Source: Clostridiales bacterium (GTDB lineage Bacteria; Bacillota; Clostridia; Christensenellales; UBA3700). From it: a stretch of DNA of 64,000 nucleotides. The stretch covers positions 2,225 to 66,224 of the forward strand of contig SVHF01000002.1 of the NCBI GenBank assembly GCA_015055975.1, read 5' to 3'. A program made the translations under genes and the position numbers. The notes beneath the pieces were generated by a model, which worked only from the letters and a program-made list of their open reading frames with translations, was not told where the DNA came from and searched no databases. Positions 53,343 through 62,828 of this stretch are shown here, piece by piece (position 1 is the first letter of the stretch; the number at the start of each line of letters is the position of its first letter).

Positions 53343-54179
53343 ATGGGACAAAAAATGGAAGGACAAGTTGTCGTAATTACAGGTGGCGGTGGAGTTTTAT
53401 GTAGCACTATCGCTAAAGAGTATGCAAAATTAGGTGCTAAGGTTGCTGTTACAGATTTACGTGTAGAAGCAGCTCAAGCAGTTTGTGATGAAATCGCTAA
53501 AAATGGCGGTATCGCAAAAGCTTATTCAATTAACTGTCTAGATAAAAAATCTATCCAAGCAGCTCATGATGCAATCGTTGCAGATTTAGGACCATGCACA
53601 ATCTTAGTAAATGGTGCAGGTGGTAATCATCCAAAGGGAACTACAACAAGTGAATATTTCTTCCCAGAAGATATTGATGATGAAGCTAAGGTTTCTTTCT
53701 TCGATTTAGATGAAAACGGAGTAGACTTCGTATTCAAACTAAACTTCACAGCAACATTCTTAACAACACAAGTATTTGCAAAAGATATGATTAAAACTGG
53801 TGGTAACATTATTAACATTTCTTCAATGAATGCATTTAGACCACTAACAAAAATACCAGCATATTCTGGTGCAAAGGCAGCCGTATCTAACTTTACAGCA
53901 TGGCTTGCTGTTCACTTTGCAAACGCAGGAATCAGAGTAAATGCTATCGCTCCAGGATTCTTCGTAACAAACCAAAATAAGGCATTATTATTCAATGCTG
54001 ATGGCACACCAACTCCAAGAACAGAAAAGATTTTGGCAGGAACACCAATGAGAAGATTTGGTAAGCCAGAAGAATTGTTAGGCACAATTATGTGGTTAAC
54101 AGATAATGATGCAGCATCATTTGTAACTGGAATCGTAGTACCAATTGATGGTGGATTCTCAGCTTACTCAGGAGTTTAA
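53343..54179 (+). CDS. SDR-family oxidoreductase, likely D-mannonate/fructuronate oxidoreductase (YjmF-type)
   Basis: VVITGGGGVLCS (TGxxxG) and YSGAKAAV (YxxxK). The functional call rests on context between uxuA and uxaC. Confidence 0.75.
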   Translation: MGQKMEGQVVVITGGGGVLCSTIAKEYAKLGAKVAVTDLRVEAAQAVCDEIAKNGGIAKAYSINCLDKKSIQAAHDAIVADLGPCTILVNGAGGNHPKGTTTSEYFFPEDIDDEAKVSFFDLDENGVDFVFKLNFTATFLTTQVFAKDMIKTGGNIINISSMNAFRPLTKIPAYSGAKAAVSNFTAWLAVHFANAGIRVNAIAPGFFVTNQNKALLFNADGTPTPRTEKILAGTPMRRFGKPEELLGTIMWLTDNDAASFVTGIVVPIDGGFSAYSGV

Positions 54180-54197
54180 TTCAAAATAGGGTAATTT

Positions 54198-55505
54198 ATG
54201 GAAAAGGTAAAAGAAGTAAAAGTTGTAATTTTAGGATTAGGCAATCGTGGTAAAAACTATGGTGGCCATTTAGCAAACACACCAGGTGTAAAAATTGTTG
54301 CTATCTGTGATAAATATCAAGAAAAGATAGACAAGGTAAAAAAGGCTTGGGGCGTTCCAGATGAAATGTGCTTTACAGACGAAGAAAAATTCTTTGGTCT
54401 TGGTAAGGTTGCAGATACTATGGTTATTGCTACACAAGATAAAGACCATTATGGCCATGCTATGAAGGCATTGAAGTTAGGATACAACCTAATGATAGAA
54501 AAGCCTCTATCTCCAGATATTAATCAATGTCTTGAGATGGAAGAATACGCAAGAAAGCAAGGCTGCAAGGTTTTAGTTTGCCACGTTTTAAGATATGCAC
54601 ATTACTACAAAAGAATTAAGGAAATAATCGATTCTGGAGTTTTAGGAAAGATTATTTTAATTAACCATGATGAAGACGTTGCTTACTGGCACTATTGCCA
54701 CTCATACGTTAGAGGCAATTGGAGAAGAGAGGAAGAAACATCTCCACTTCTTCTTGCAAAATGCTGCCATGACATGGACTTAATGTATTGGTATGCAGGC
54801 TCTAAGGCAAAGAGCGTTTCATCATATGGAGCATTAACTTATTTCAAACCAGGTAATGAACCAGAAGGCGCAACAGATACATGCTTTGATTGCCCACATA
54901 AAGATACCTGTAATTTTGAAGCAACATATCAATATATCGGAAGAAAGAAAAAGTTCTTCGGAAAGGAAAAGAAAAAATATAAATGGAAGCCATATGCTTT
55001 CTGTATTTCAAATGACCCAAATGACATTTTAGACAAGTTAAAGAATGACGAAAAGGGTAAGTTATGGTCAAGATGCGTATTTAAGTGCGATAACAACGTT
55101 GTAGATTGCCAAACTGTAAATATGGAAATGGAAAACGGAATACAGGTTCAATTAAACGTTAACGCATTTAATGAACATGACCATCGTCATACAGAAATAA
55201 GAGGCTCAAAAGGTATCTTGATTGCCGATGATAGCGGTTCAGTTCTAAGACTTCAATTATTTGGTAAGAAAGAAAAGAAAATCGTTGTAAATTTAATCCC
55301 TGTTATTAAAGGACACTTTGGTGGAGACCAAGGCGTTATCGCAGCAACTATCGATTTAGTTAGAGGCGAATTAGATCCTAACGGTCAATACACATGGATT
55401 CAAGATACAATCGAAAGCCATAGAATTGTAACAGCTGCAGAAATGTCAAGAAGAGACGGAGGCAGAAAAGTCGACCTAAGTGAGGTTCCAGACATTAAGA
55501 AATAA
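54198..55505 (+). CDS. Gfo/Idh/MocA family oxidoreductase (long form with a Cys-rich insert)
   Basis: VVILGLGNRGKNY Rossmann fold and MIEKPL motif. Insert TDTCFDCPHKDTC. Confidence 0.8.
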   Translation: MEKVKEVKVVILGLGNRGKNYGGHLANTPGVKIVAICDKYQEKIDKVKKAWGVPDEMCFTDEEKFFGLGKVADTMVIATQDKDHYGHAMKALKLGYNLMIEKPLSPDINQCLEMEEYARKQGCKVLVCHVLRYAHYYKRIKEIIDSGVLGKIILINHDEDVAYWHYCHSYVRGNWRREEETSPLLLAKCCHDMDLMYWYAGSKAKSVSSYGALTYFKPGNEPEGATDTCFDCPHKDTCNFEATYQYIGRKKKFFGKEKKKYKWKPYAFCISNDPNDILDKLKNDEKGKLWSRCVFKCDNNVVDCQTVNMEMENGIQVQLNVNAFNEHDHRHTEIRGSKGILIADDSGSVLRLQLFGKKEKKIVVNLIPVIKGHFGGDQGVIAATIDLVRGELDPNGQYTWIQDTIESHRIVTAAEMSRRDGGRKVDLSEVPDIKK

Positions 55506-55507
55506 GA

Positions 55508-55978
55508 ATGACTAAAATAGCGGAATTTAATTGGGATATAACAAGCGCTGATACCAAAAAGCATCTATCTGGGGATTTCTTGGTAGATAAGCCATACGAT
55601 AAATTAATCTTCGATTGTTCATACACTCCAAAGTATTTGGAAGATAACGTCGCTGGATTAAAAATGATGAAAGAAGCATTAGTTAAAGCAGATTGGTCTT
55701 TGTCTAAATATACGGATGAAGACTTGCTAAAGCATATGCCTCTTGCAAATCATGTATCGTGGTCTGTAGATAGCCCTATAGAGTTTGTTGGCACAAAACA
55801 TAAGCATGATCCACATCAAATCTTGCAAGTGTCAAATGGCCAATCAACTCCAGGATTTAAAAATACGCCTATCTACGAAGGCAGATGGTCTATTACAGCG
55901 TCTTTAAATGCTGTTTTGACAGATAAGTTATCTATCCACATTGTTGTATCAGGAGATGGCGATAATGAAATGGTATAG
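55508..55978 (+). CDS. Hypothetical protein (156 aa)
   Basis: The ORF is tightly packed between neighbours and overlaps the next gene by 14 nt. No motif recognised. Confidence 0.45.
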   Translation: MTKIAEFNWDITSADTKKHLSGDFLVDKPYDKLIFDCSYTPKYLEDNVAGLKMMKEALVKADWSLSKYTDEDLLKHMPLANHVSWSVDSPIEFVGTKHKHDPHQILQVSNGQSTPGFKNTPIYEGRWSITASLNAVLTDKLSIHIVVSGDGDNEMV

Positions 55979-56951
55979 AGTTGAATTACATACACATACA
56001 ATAGCATCTGATGGAATTATGGATCCAGAAGAGCTAGCAAAAAGAGGAAAGAAGAGAAATTACGACGCAATCGTTGTAACAGATCACAATACAACAACTT
56101 CTTGCAATGCAGTTGCAGAAAAGGGCAAGAAGGTTGGACTTGTCGTTGTTCCAGGAATAGAATGGACAACATTTTGGGGCCATATAGTTGTAAGTGGCGG
56201 TCATTCTACAGTTGATTGGCGTTCGATAAACCTTGATAACATAGACGAGAAAATGGCAGCAGCAAGAAAGAGCGGAGATATAGTTACTGTTGCTCATCCA
56301 AAAAGACCTGGGACACCATTTTGTTCTGAGTGTAGATTCTTGTATAAGCTAAAGGATTGGAATAATGTAGATGCATATGAAGTTTGGTCTCATTACAATC
56401 CATCTTTAGCAGAAGATACAAAACTTGCTAAAAAAGAATGGTCAAATCTTATAAATGAAGGGTATAAGATTGCTCCAGTTTATGGATATGATTGGCATGA
56501 ACCAGATGAAGATGGCCCAGCTTATGCGTATACATATGTAGGGTTGGATGATGAATTGCCATTAACTCCAGAAAACATCTTGCAAGCAATAAGAGATAGA
56601 CATACATATCTTGCAATGGGAGTTAATGTTGTTGCCAGTATCTTAGTTGATGATAAAGAGTTTTTCTTTGGCGATGAAATCTTAGCAAAGCAAGCAACAA
56701 TAAAGTTGCAAGCTCACGTATCTAGTGATTACAAAAAGAGATTCGACGTTGAAGTTAAAGGCTTGAGAATATACAAAAATGGAAAGATGTTCTTGGCTAA
56801 AAAGTGGGAAGGAGAAGAAATTGAAATCCCAGTTGATTTAGATTGTAAGAACATAAGAGTTGAATTATATGGTGCAGTTGATGGCAATGATTGCGATATA
56901 GCAATTCTAAGCCCGATATATATAGTAAAAAGAGGTAAAAAGGGATTATGA
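55965..56951 (+). CDS. PHP-domain (CehA/McbA-like) metallohydrolase
   Basis: MKWYRVELHTHTIASDG (HxH...D) and VAHP motifs. SD aggaga is 8 nt upstream of ATG 55965. Confidence 0.75.
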   Translation: MKWYRVELHTHTIASDGIMDPEELAKRGKKRNYDAIVVTDHNTTTSCNAVAEKGKKVGLVVVPGIEWTTFWGHIVVSGGHSTVDWRSINLDNIDEKMAAARKSGDIVTVAHPKRPGTPFCSECRFLYKLKDWNNVDAYEVWSHYNPSLAEDTKLAKKEWSNLINEGYKIAPVYGYDWHEPDEDGPAYAYTYVGLDDELPLTPENILQAIRDRHTYLAMGVNVVASILVDDKEFFFGDEILAKQATIKLQAHVSSDYKKRFDVEVKGLRIYKNGKMFLAKKWEGEEIEIPVDLDCKNIRVELYGAVDGNDCDIAILSPIYIVKRGKKGL

Positions 56952-57589
56952 TAACAGCACATGGTGGTTCATTTAATTCAGGTAGAAATTCAAACAAATA
57001 CTTGAACCATACAGACATCTTTGATGCAGATGCAATTGAGGTAGATATCTACAAAATGTTCGGCGTTTTGTATATCAGCCACTGGCCAGCTCCATTTACT
57101 TATTACAAGAAGATTCGTTTAAGAGAAGTATTCAAACTTGTAAAAGAAAAGGGAATGAAAGTTAATTGCGATTTAAAGACACACGGCATTATTGGCGATG
57201 TAATTAAGCTTGCAAAGTCAATGGGCGTTGAAAACCAATTAATATTCACTGGTTGCGTAAGCGAGTCAGACTACAAAATTATAGACTGTGGCGAAGCTTG
57301 GTTTAATAGAATTAAAGGCATCAAATATAAGGCAAAGAATGCAAAGGCCATCAAAGAAAGAATAGATAGCTACAATAATCCTCATTTCAAAGGTATAAAC
57401 CTAAATTACCATAGAGTAAATGCAAGATTTATAGAAGCTTGCAAAGCCGTAGATTTAAAGCTAAGTGTATTTACGGTTGACGATATCGAAGCACTATTAA
57501 GATTAGTGCCAGTAATCGATGGAAACATAACAACAAATTTACCACTTGTTGCAAGATCAATTCTAAACAAGTTGGGAACAAACAAATAA
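56948..57589 (+). CDS. Glycerophosphodiester phosphodiesterase (GDPD)-like protein
   Basis: ITAHGG..., ADAIEVDIY...LYISH, VNCDLKT and the C-terminal SVFTVDD...IDGNITTNLP follow GDPD block order. Divergent. Confidence 0.55.
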   Translation: MITAHGGSFNSGRNSNKYLNHTDIFDADAIEVDIYKMFGVLYISHWPAPFTYYKKIRLREVFKLVKEKGMKVNCDLKTHGIIGDVIKLAKSMGVENQLIFTGCVSESDYKIIDCGEAWFNRIKGIKYKAKNAKAIKERIDSYNNPHFKGINLNYHRVNARFIEACKAVDLKLSVFTVDDIEALLRLVPVIDGNITTNLPLVARSILNKLGTNK

Positions 57590-57598
57590 GGGGTATAT

Positions 57599-58732
57599 AT
57601 GATAAACGTAGCAGTAGTCGGTGTTGGTAGAATGGGTTCAAAACATGCTTACAATTTAGCAAAGCGTGTCAAGGGCGCAAACCTTGTTGCAATATGTGAC
57701 TTAGATACTCAAAAGGCCAACATGATAGCAAAAAAGCTTAAAGCAAAAGCTTATTATGATGTAGACGAGATGTTAAAAGCGGAAAAGCTAGATGGCGTGG
57801 TAATTGCTACTCCACATTATTCTCACGTAGATATTGCGTTGAAGTGCTTGGATAAGGGAATTAACATCTTATGTGAAAAGCCTATATCTGTGACAACTAA
57901 AGAAGCAAATAAGTTGTTAGCAAAAGCAAAGGATTCTAATTTGATTTGTTCAATGATGTACAATCAAAGAACAAATAGAATGTATCAAAAGGCAAGAGAG
58001 TTAATAGCAACTGGTGCAATAGGTAAAATCCAAAGAGTGAATTTCACAATCACAGATTGGTATAGAGCGCAATTCTATTACAACATGGGAGGATGGAGAG
58101 CTAGCTGGTCTGGAGAAGGTGGCGGAACTTTAATTAACCAATGCGTTCACCAATTAGATTTATTGCAATGGCTATGTGGTATGCCAGCACTTATAAAATC
58201 ATACAATCAAACAAAGGGCAGAAGAATTACAACAGAAAACGATGTGACTGCCATTATGAGATTTGATGGATTTGATTGTGTGTTCACAGCATCAACACAT
58301 GAAATCCCAGGAGTAAATAGATTGGAAATCGCAGGGGATAAAGGTATCATCACAATTTATTCTAAGACAATGAAATATAGACTAAATAAGATGAGTGAGC
58401 CAGAAGTAAACCAAAGAGCAAAGCGCGATTATGGTAACAAGAAAGACAAAACTGGCAAAACATATCATTATTGGTATGGACTAAAAAATGCTATTAAAGA
58501 TGCAATACGTGGTCAACAATGCAATATCATTGAAAATTTTGTAGCAGCTGTTGAAAACAAAAACAAGGATTTGTTAATTGCACCACTTGAAGAGGGAATT
58601 AAAGCATTAACTTTGATTAATGCACTAAATATGTCTTCATGGGAAAATGAGGAAATTAAAATTCCATTTGATGATGAAGAATATGCAGAACTATTAAAAG
58701 AAAAAATTGATAAAGAAAAGCAAGATAAGTAA
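57599..58732 (+). CDS. Gfo/Idh/MocA family oxidoreductase
   Basis: INVAVVGVGRMGSKHA, ILCEKPI and GGWRASWSGEGGGTLINQCVHQLDL. Confidence 0.85.
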   Translation: MINVAVVGVGRMGSKHAYNLAKRVKGANLVAICDLDTQKANMIAKKLKAKAYYDVDEMLKAEKLDGVVIATPHYSHVDIALKCLDKGINILCEKPISVTTKEANKLLAKAKDSNLICSMMYNQRTNRMYQKARELIATGAIGKIQRVNFTITDWYRAQFYYNMGGWRASWSGEGGGTLINQCVHQLDLLQWLCGMPALIKSYNQTKGRRITTENDVTAIMRFDGFDCVFTASTHEIPGVNRLEIAGDKGIITIYSKTMKYRLNKMSEPEVNQRAKRDYGNKKDKTGKTYHYWYGLKNAIKDAIRGQQCNIIENFVAAVENKNKDLLIAPLEEGIKALTLINALNMSSWENEEIKIPFDDEEYAELLKEKIDKEKQDK

Positions 58733-58744
58733 TTGGAGGATTTT

Positions 58745-59692
58745 ATGGTTAAAATTTCAGGATTTTATGATGAAGCAAGTTCAGATTTAAGAAAGCAATG
58801 CGAATTGATTAAATCATTTGGCGAAGAATATCTTTGCCCAAGAGTTGTAAATGGTAGAAATATCTCTACATATACAGCAGAAGAATTCGAAAAGGAAATT
58901 AAGCCAATACTTGATGAATATGGCGTTAAGTTCTCTTCAATTGGTTCACCTATTGGTAAGATTGATTTATATGATGATGAAGCATATGCAGTTCAATTAA
59001 AGAAGCTAGAAGAATTAGTTAAGATCTGCAAAATTATGAATTGTAAATATATCAGAATGTTCTCATTCCATGTTGATCCAAAAGGAAACTACGACGAATA
59101 TTTCCCAGTAGTTGTTAAGAAGTTAAAGGGATTCTTGGAAGTAGTTAAGGGAACAGATGTAATTCTTCTTCATGAAAATGAAAAGAAGATTTATGGTGAT
59201 ACACCAGAAAGAGTATTGAAGATTTATGATGCAATCAACGATCCTCAATTCCAATTAGCATTTGATGCTTCAAACTTTATTCAATGCAATTGTAATGCAC
59301 CTCAAGCATATGAAATGTTAAAAGATAAGGTTGTTTATTATCATATCAAGGATTGTTCACCAGAAAAGGTTGAAGTTCCAATCGGACTTGGTGAAGGCGG
59401 ATATGAAAATATGATTCACGACTTAATCGTAAATAGAAAATATGATGGCTTCATGACTTTGGAACCACACACAGGAAAATATGCTGAAGCTAAGATTATA
59501 TTCAACTGCTTCTTCTGGATTACATGGATTGTTCCATACGTAAGATACTGGCATAAAGTATTTAGAAGAATTGATAAAGGCATGGGAATCAAGAAGTGGC
59601 AAAAGGTAGATAGACCAACTATTGTTACATGGCAATATCAAGGACTAAAGAAATTATTAGACAAAGCATACGCTGAAGTTAACAAGAAATAA
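58745..59692 (+). CDS. Sugar-phosphate isomerase/epimerase (xylose-isomerase-like TIM barrel)
   Basis: YIRMFSF, LLHENE, HIKD and MTLEPH blocks of the AP_endonuc_2 fold. Start moved to ATG 58745 (SD ggagg). Confidence 0.75.
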   Translation: MVKISGFYDEASSDLRKQCELIKSFGEEYLCPRVVNGRNISTYTAEEFEKEIKPILDEYGVKFSSIGSPIGKIDLYDDEAYAVQLKKLEELVKICKIMNCKYIRMFSFHVDPKGNYDEYFPVVVKKLKGFLEVVKGTDVILLHENEKKIYGDTPERVLKIYDAINDPQFQLAFDASNFIQCNCNAPQAYEMLKDKVVYYHIKDCSPEKVEVPIGLGEGGYENMIHDLIVNRKYDGFMTLEPHTGKYAEAKIIFNCFFWITWIVPYVRYWHKVFRRIDKGMGIKKWQKVDRPTIVTWQYQGLKKLLDKAYAEVNKK

Positions 59693-59701
59693 GGAGTAAT
59701 T

Positions 59702-60874
59702 ATGGAAAAGGTTAGATATGGAATTATTGGTGTAGGTAAGCAAGGACATTTATATGCTCAATTTATCTACGATGGATTTGATAAAAATGCTGTCTTAACA
59801 GCAATTTGTGATGAAAGCGAAGAAAGACGCGAATGGGCAAAGAAAAGATTAGCAGGCGTTGAAATCTTTTCTAATTATGAAGATATGCTAAAGAGCGGTC
59901 TTATTGATGCTGTTATGGTAGAAACTCCTCACTATTTCCACCCAGAAATAGTAAAGAAAGCATTGGAGGCAGGTCTTCATGTTATGAGTGATAAGCCAGC
60001 TGGTGTTTACACAAAAGCAGTTAGAGAAACAGCAGAATTTGCAAAGACAAAGCCAAATCAAGTTTGCGCTCTTTTATTAAACCAAAGAACAAACAAGGCA
60101 TATAGAGAAGCTAAAAAGATTATTGAATCTGGCGAACTTGGAAACCTAAAGAGAATTGTTTGGATTATTACAAACTGGTATAGACCACAAGCTTACTATG
60201 ATCAAGGAGGCTGGAGAGGCACTTGGGCAGGAGAAGGCGGTGGCGTTCTTATCAACCAAGATCCACACCAATTAGACTTATTCACATGGCTTGCTGGCCA
60301 AAAGATTACAAAGGTTTGGGCAACAGCTAAAACTGTAGGTAGAAAGATTAACGTAGAAAACGATGTTACAGCTTGCTGCGAATTCGAAAATGGTGCAACA
60401 GGTGTATTTATTACATCAACTCATGATGCTCCAGGAACAAATAGATTGGAAATCACAGGAGACGGCGGTAAAATTGTTATCTCTGGTCCAAACGATTGGA
60501 TGATGAAGATGGAATTCACAAAGAACGAAATAATGGAACCAGAATTTTCTGCAACAAATAAAGTGTTCATGGGAAAACCAAAAACAACAACAAGAACAGT
60601 TAAGTATTCATACTTTGAAATTATCCAAAAGCTAATTAAAAACAGAGGTATGCAACACCCAGATGTTATTAGAAACTTCTCAAATGTAATTTTGGGTAAT
60701 GAAAAAGAATTGATTGGAAGATACGAAGAAGGACTAAACGGACTAACATTCTCAAACGCAATTCACCTATCTTCTTGGTTAGGCAAGGAAATTACATTGC
60801 CACTTGATGAAGACTTATTCATTAAAGAATTAGATAAGAGAAAGGCTGAAGAAGCTAAATCTAGCAATAAATAG
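59702..60874 (+). CDS. Gfo/Idh/MocA family oxidoreductase (paralogue of 57599-58732)
   Basis: VRYGIIGVGKQGHLYA, VMSDKPA and GGWRGTWAGEGGGVLINQDPHQLDL. Confidence 0.85.
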   Translation: MEKVRYGIIGVGKQGHLYAQFIYDGFDKNAVLTAICDESEERREWAKKRLAGVEIFSNYEDMLKSGLIDAVMVETPHYFHPEIVKKALEAGLHVMSDKPAGVYTKAVRETAEFAKTKPNQVCALLLNQRTNKAYREAKKIIESGELGNLKRIVWIITNWYRPQAYYDQGGWRGTWAGEGGGVLINQDPHQLDLFTWLAGQKITKVWATAKTVGRKINVENDVTACCEFENGATGVFITSTHDAPGTNRLEITGDGGKIVISGPNDWMMKMEFTKNEIMEPEFSATNKVFMGKPKTTTRTVKYSYFEIIQKLIKNRGMQHPDVIRNFSNVILGNEKELIGRYEEGLNGLTFSNAIHLSSWLGKEITLPLDEDLFIKELDKRKAEEAKSSNK

Positions 60875-60881
60875 GTGAGAT

Positions 60882-62810
60882 ATGAGCGTTAGTTATAAAG
60901 ATGGAAAAATTATCGTAGATGAAGCATTTCATAATGATACTAATTATGATGTAGCTAATAATTTAATCACAGCACAATTTAATGGCAAGGGAGCTATTCC
61001 AAAATATGCTGTTATGAATAAGTTCTCAGTATTTTCAGCATACTATAACTTAATCAGCGTAGATGGCGTAGCTTTTGATTGGAATGCACAAAAGCATGTT
61101 GAGATGGTTGGAAAGAAGCAAGTTACATCTTTTTCTACAAAAGATTTTGATATTGAGATTTTGCAATTTTTAGATCAAAAGAGCAATTGCATCTATGTTC
61201 AAAACAAAGTTAAAGCAAAAAGAGATATTGACTTTAGAGTAGTTAACAATTTTGGTATTAACTATTCTTCATATGTTGAACAACTTCTTGCAAATAGATT
61301 ATCTCCAAAGACTATTGCAACTTTGCTTGCAGGTTTCTGTAGATCAAAAAGAAACGGCTTAACTATCCAAGAAGATGGCTCAGGTTATATTAGAGGAGAC
61401 GTTCTTGGTGACTTCTATTTAGATATCGCTATCTCTACAGAGCCAATTGCGCTTGAATCAGAAAGAGGATTTGTTAACCAATTTGGTTATGGCTCAAAAA
61501 TTGCCAAGGGTGAAGAAAAAGTATATAGATTCGTAATTTCTGCTGGGACAAGAACAGATTTCACATTCTGCGATGTTAAAGAGGCTCTAAAGAACTTCGA
61601 TAATGCAATTAAAGATACAGATGCGTATATTGATTCTCTAAAGTGCCCAGTTGAATTAAAAGACGAATTCTTAAATGCTTATTACAAATCACTTCTAAAT
61701 ACATCTTTATCTAACTACAAAGAATTAAATAAATTCAAAGGATTCTTAGCAGGCATTGTATATCAATTCCCAGCAAGAACATATTATAGAGATGCATACT
61801 GGACAGTTTTATCTGTTTTGCCAGTTCAACCACAGTTAGTTAGAAATGAAATTATAACACTTGCAAACGGTATTAACTCAAAAGGTGAGTGCCCAAGTGC
61901 TGTTAAATTCAATTTCAAAAATTACTGGGGAAATCACTATGATTCACCATCATTCTTTGTAATGATGATATATGATTACATCGCTCATACAAATGATAAA
62001 TCTATCCTAAACGGAAATGTTGCATGCGGAACAGTTCTAGATAGTGCAAGATTAGTTTTAGATAGATTATATGAAGAAGTAGAAGAATCTACAGGCTTAT
62101 TACTAAAGGGCGGTATGTTCAACAGAAGAGACTGGTGCGATAACGTATTTAGATCAACATATTGTACATACGATGAAGTTCTATACTGCAGAGCTTTATA
62201 CTGCTTGAGCGAGATTTATAAGCTATCTAACGAAGAATTATCTCAAAAGTATGCTAAGATGCATGAAAAGGTTAAAAAGAGCATTAATGATTTGCTTTGG
62301 GATGAAGAAAAGGGCTGGTATATCAACTATAAGTCTGAAAACTTCACAGAAGACAACCTATCTATAGATACCGTTGTTGCAGCTCTATTTGGAGTTGCTG
62401 ATGAAAAGAGAGCAAGAAGAATGCTTGAAAATATGGAAAAGTGGCTAGAAAGTAAGAACAATAAAGAACAAGTAGCTGGAGATTTTGGTACTCTTGCTGT
62501 TTATCCATTCTATAAGAATGTTCAAGATATCGTTCAAAAGTCATCATTGCCTTATTATTATCACAATGGTGGAGATTGGCCATATTTATCTTCAATCTAT
62601 GCATATGCAAAATTGATGTATGGTATGGATTATATGTATCCTCTAACAAGATGGTTTACATATAATATTGAAAAGGGCAACTATACTCCAATCGAGTTCT
62701 TTAGCCCATTACAAAAAGATGGTTCATTACTACAAGCGTGGTCATCAACAGGTGCTTTTGTATTAAGCTACCCAGATGGCAAGTTCTTTAGTAAGAAAAT
62801 AGAAAAATAA
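60882..62810 (+). CDS. Six-hairpin (alpha/alpha)6 glycoside hydrolase, GDE_C/GH63-like
   Basis: YYRDAYWTVLSVLP, DSPSFFVMMIYDY, HNGGDWPYLS and LLQAWSSTGAF resemble amylo-alpha-1,6-glucosidase/GH63-type catalytic barrels. Family not resolved. Confidence 0.6.
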   Translation: MSVSYKDGKIIVDEAFHNDTNYDVANNLITAQFNGKGAIPKYAVMNKFSVFSAYYNLISVDGVAFDWNAQKHVEMVGKKQVTSFSTKDFDIEILQFLDQKSNCIYVQNKVKAKRDIDFRVVNNFGINYSSYVEQLLANRLSPKTIATLLAGFCRSKRNGLTIQEDGSGYIRGDVLGDFYLDIAISTEPIALESERGFVNQFGYGSKIAKGEEKVYRFVISAGTRTDFTFCDVKEALKNFDNAIKDTDAYIDSLKCPVELKDEFLNAYYKSLLNTSLSNYKELNKFKGFLAGIVYQFPARTYYRDAYWTVLSVLPVQPQLVRNEIITLANGINSKGECPSAVKFNFKNYWGNHYDSPSFFVMMIYDYIAHTNDKSILNGNVACGTVLDSARLVLDRLYEEVEESTGLLLKGGMFNRRDWCDNVFRSTYCTYDEVLYCRALYCLSEIYKLSNEELSQKYAKMHEKVKKSINDLLWDEEKGWYINYKSENFTEDNLSIDTVVAALFGVADEKRARRMLENMEKWLESKNNKEQVAGDFGTLAVYPFYKNVQDIVQKSSLPYYYHNGGDWPYLSSIYAYAKLMYGMDYMYPLTRWFTYNIEKGNYTPIEFFSPLQKDGSLLQAWSSTGAFVLSYPDGKFFSKKIEK

Positions 62811-62828
62811 TATACGGAGGGTTTAATT

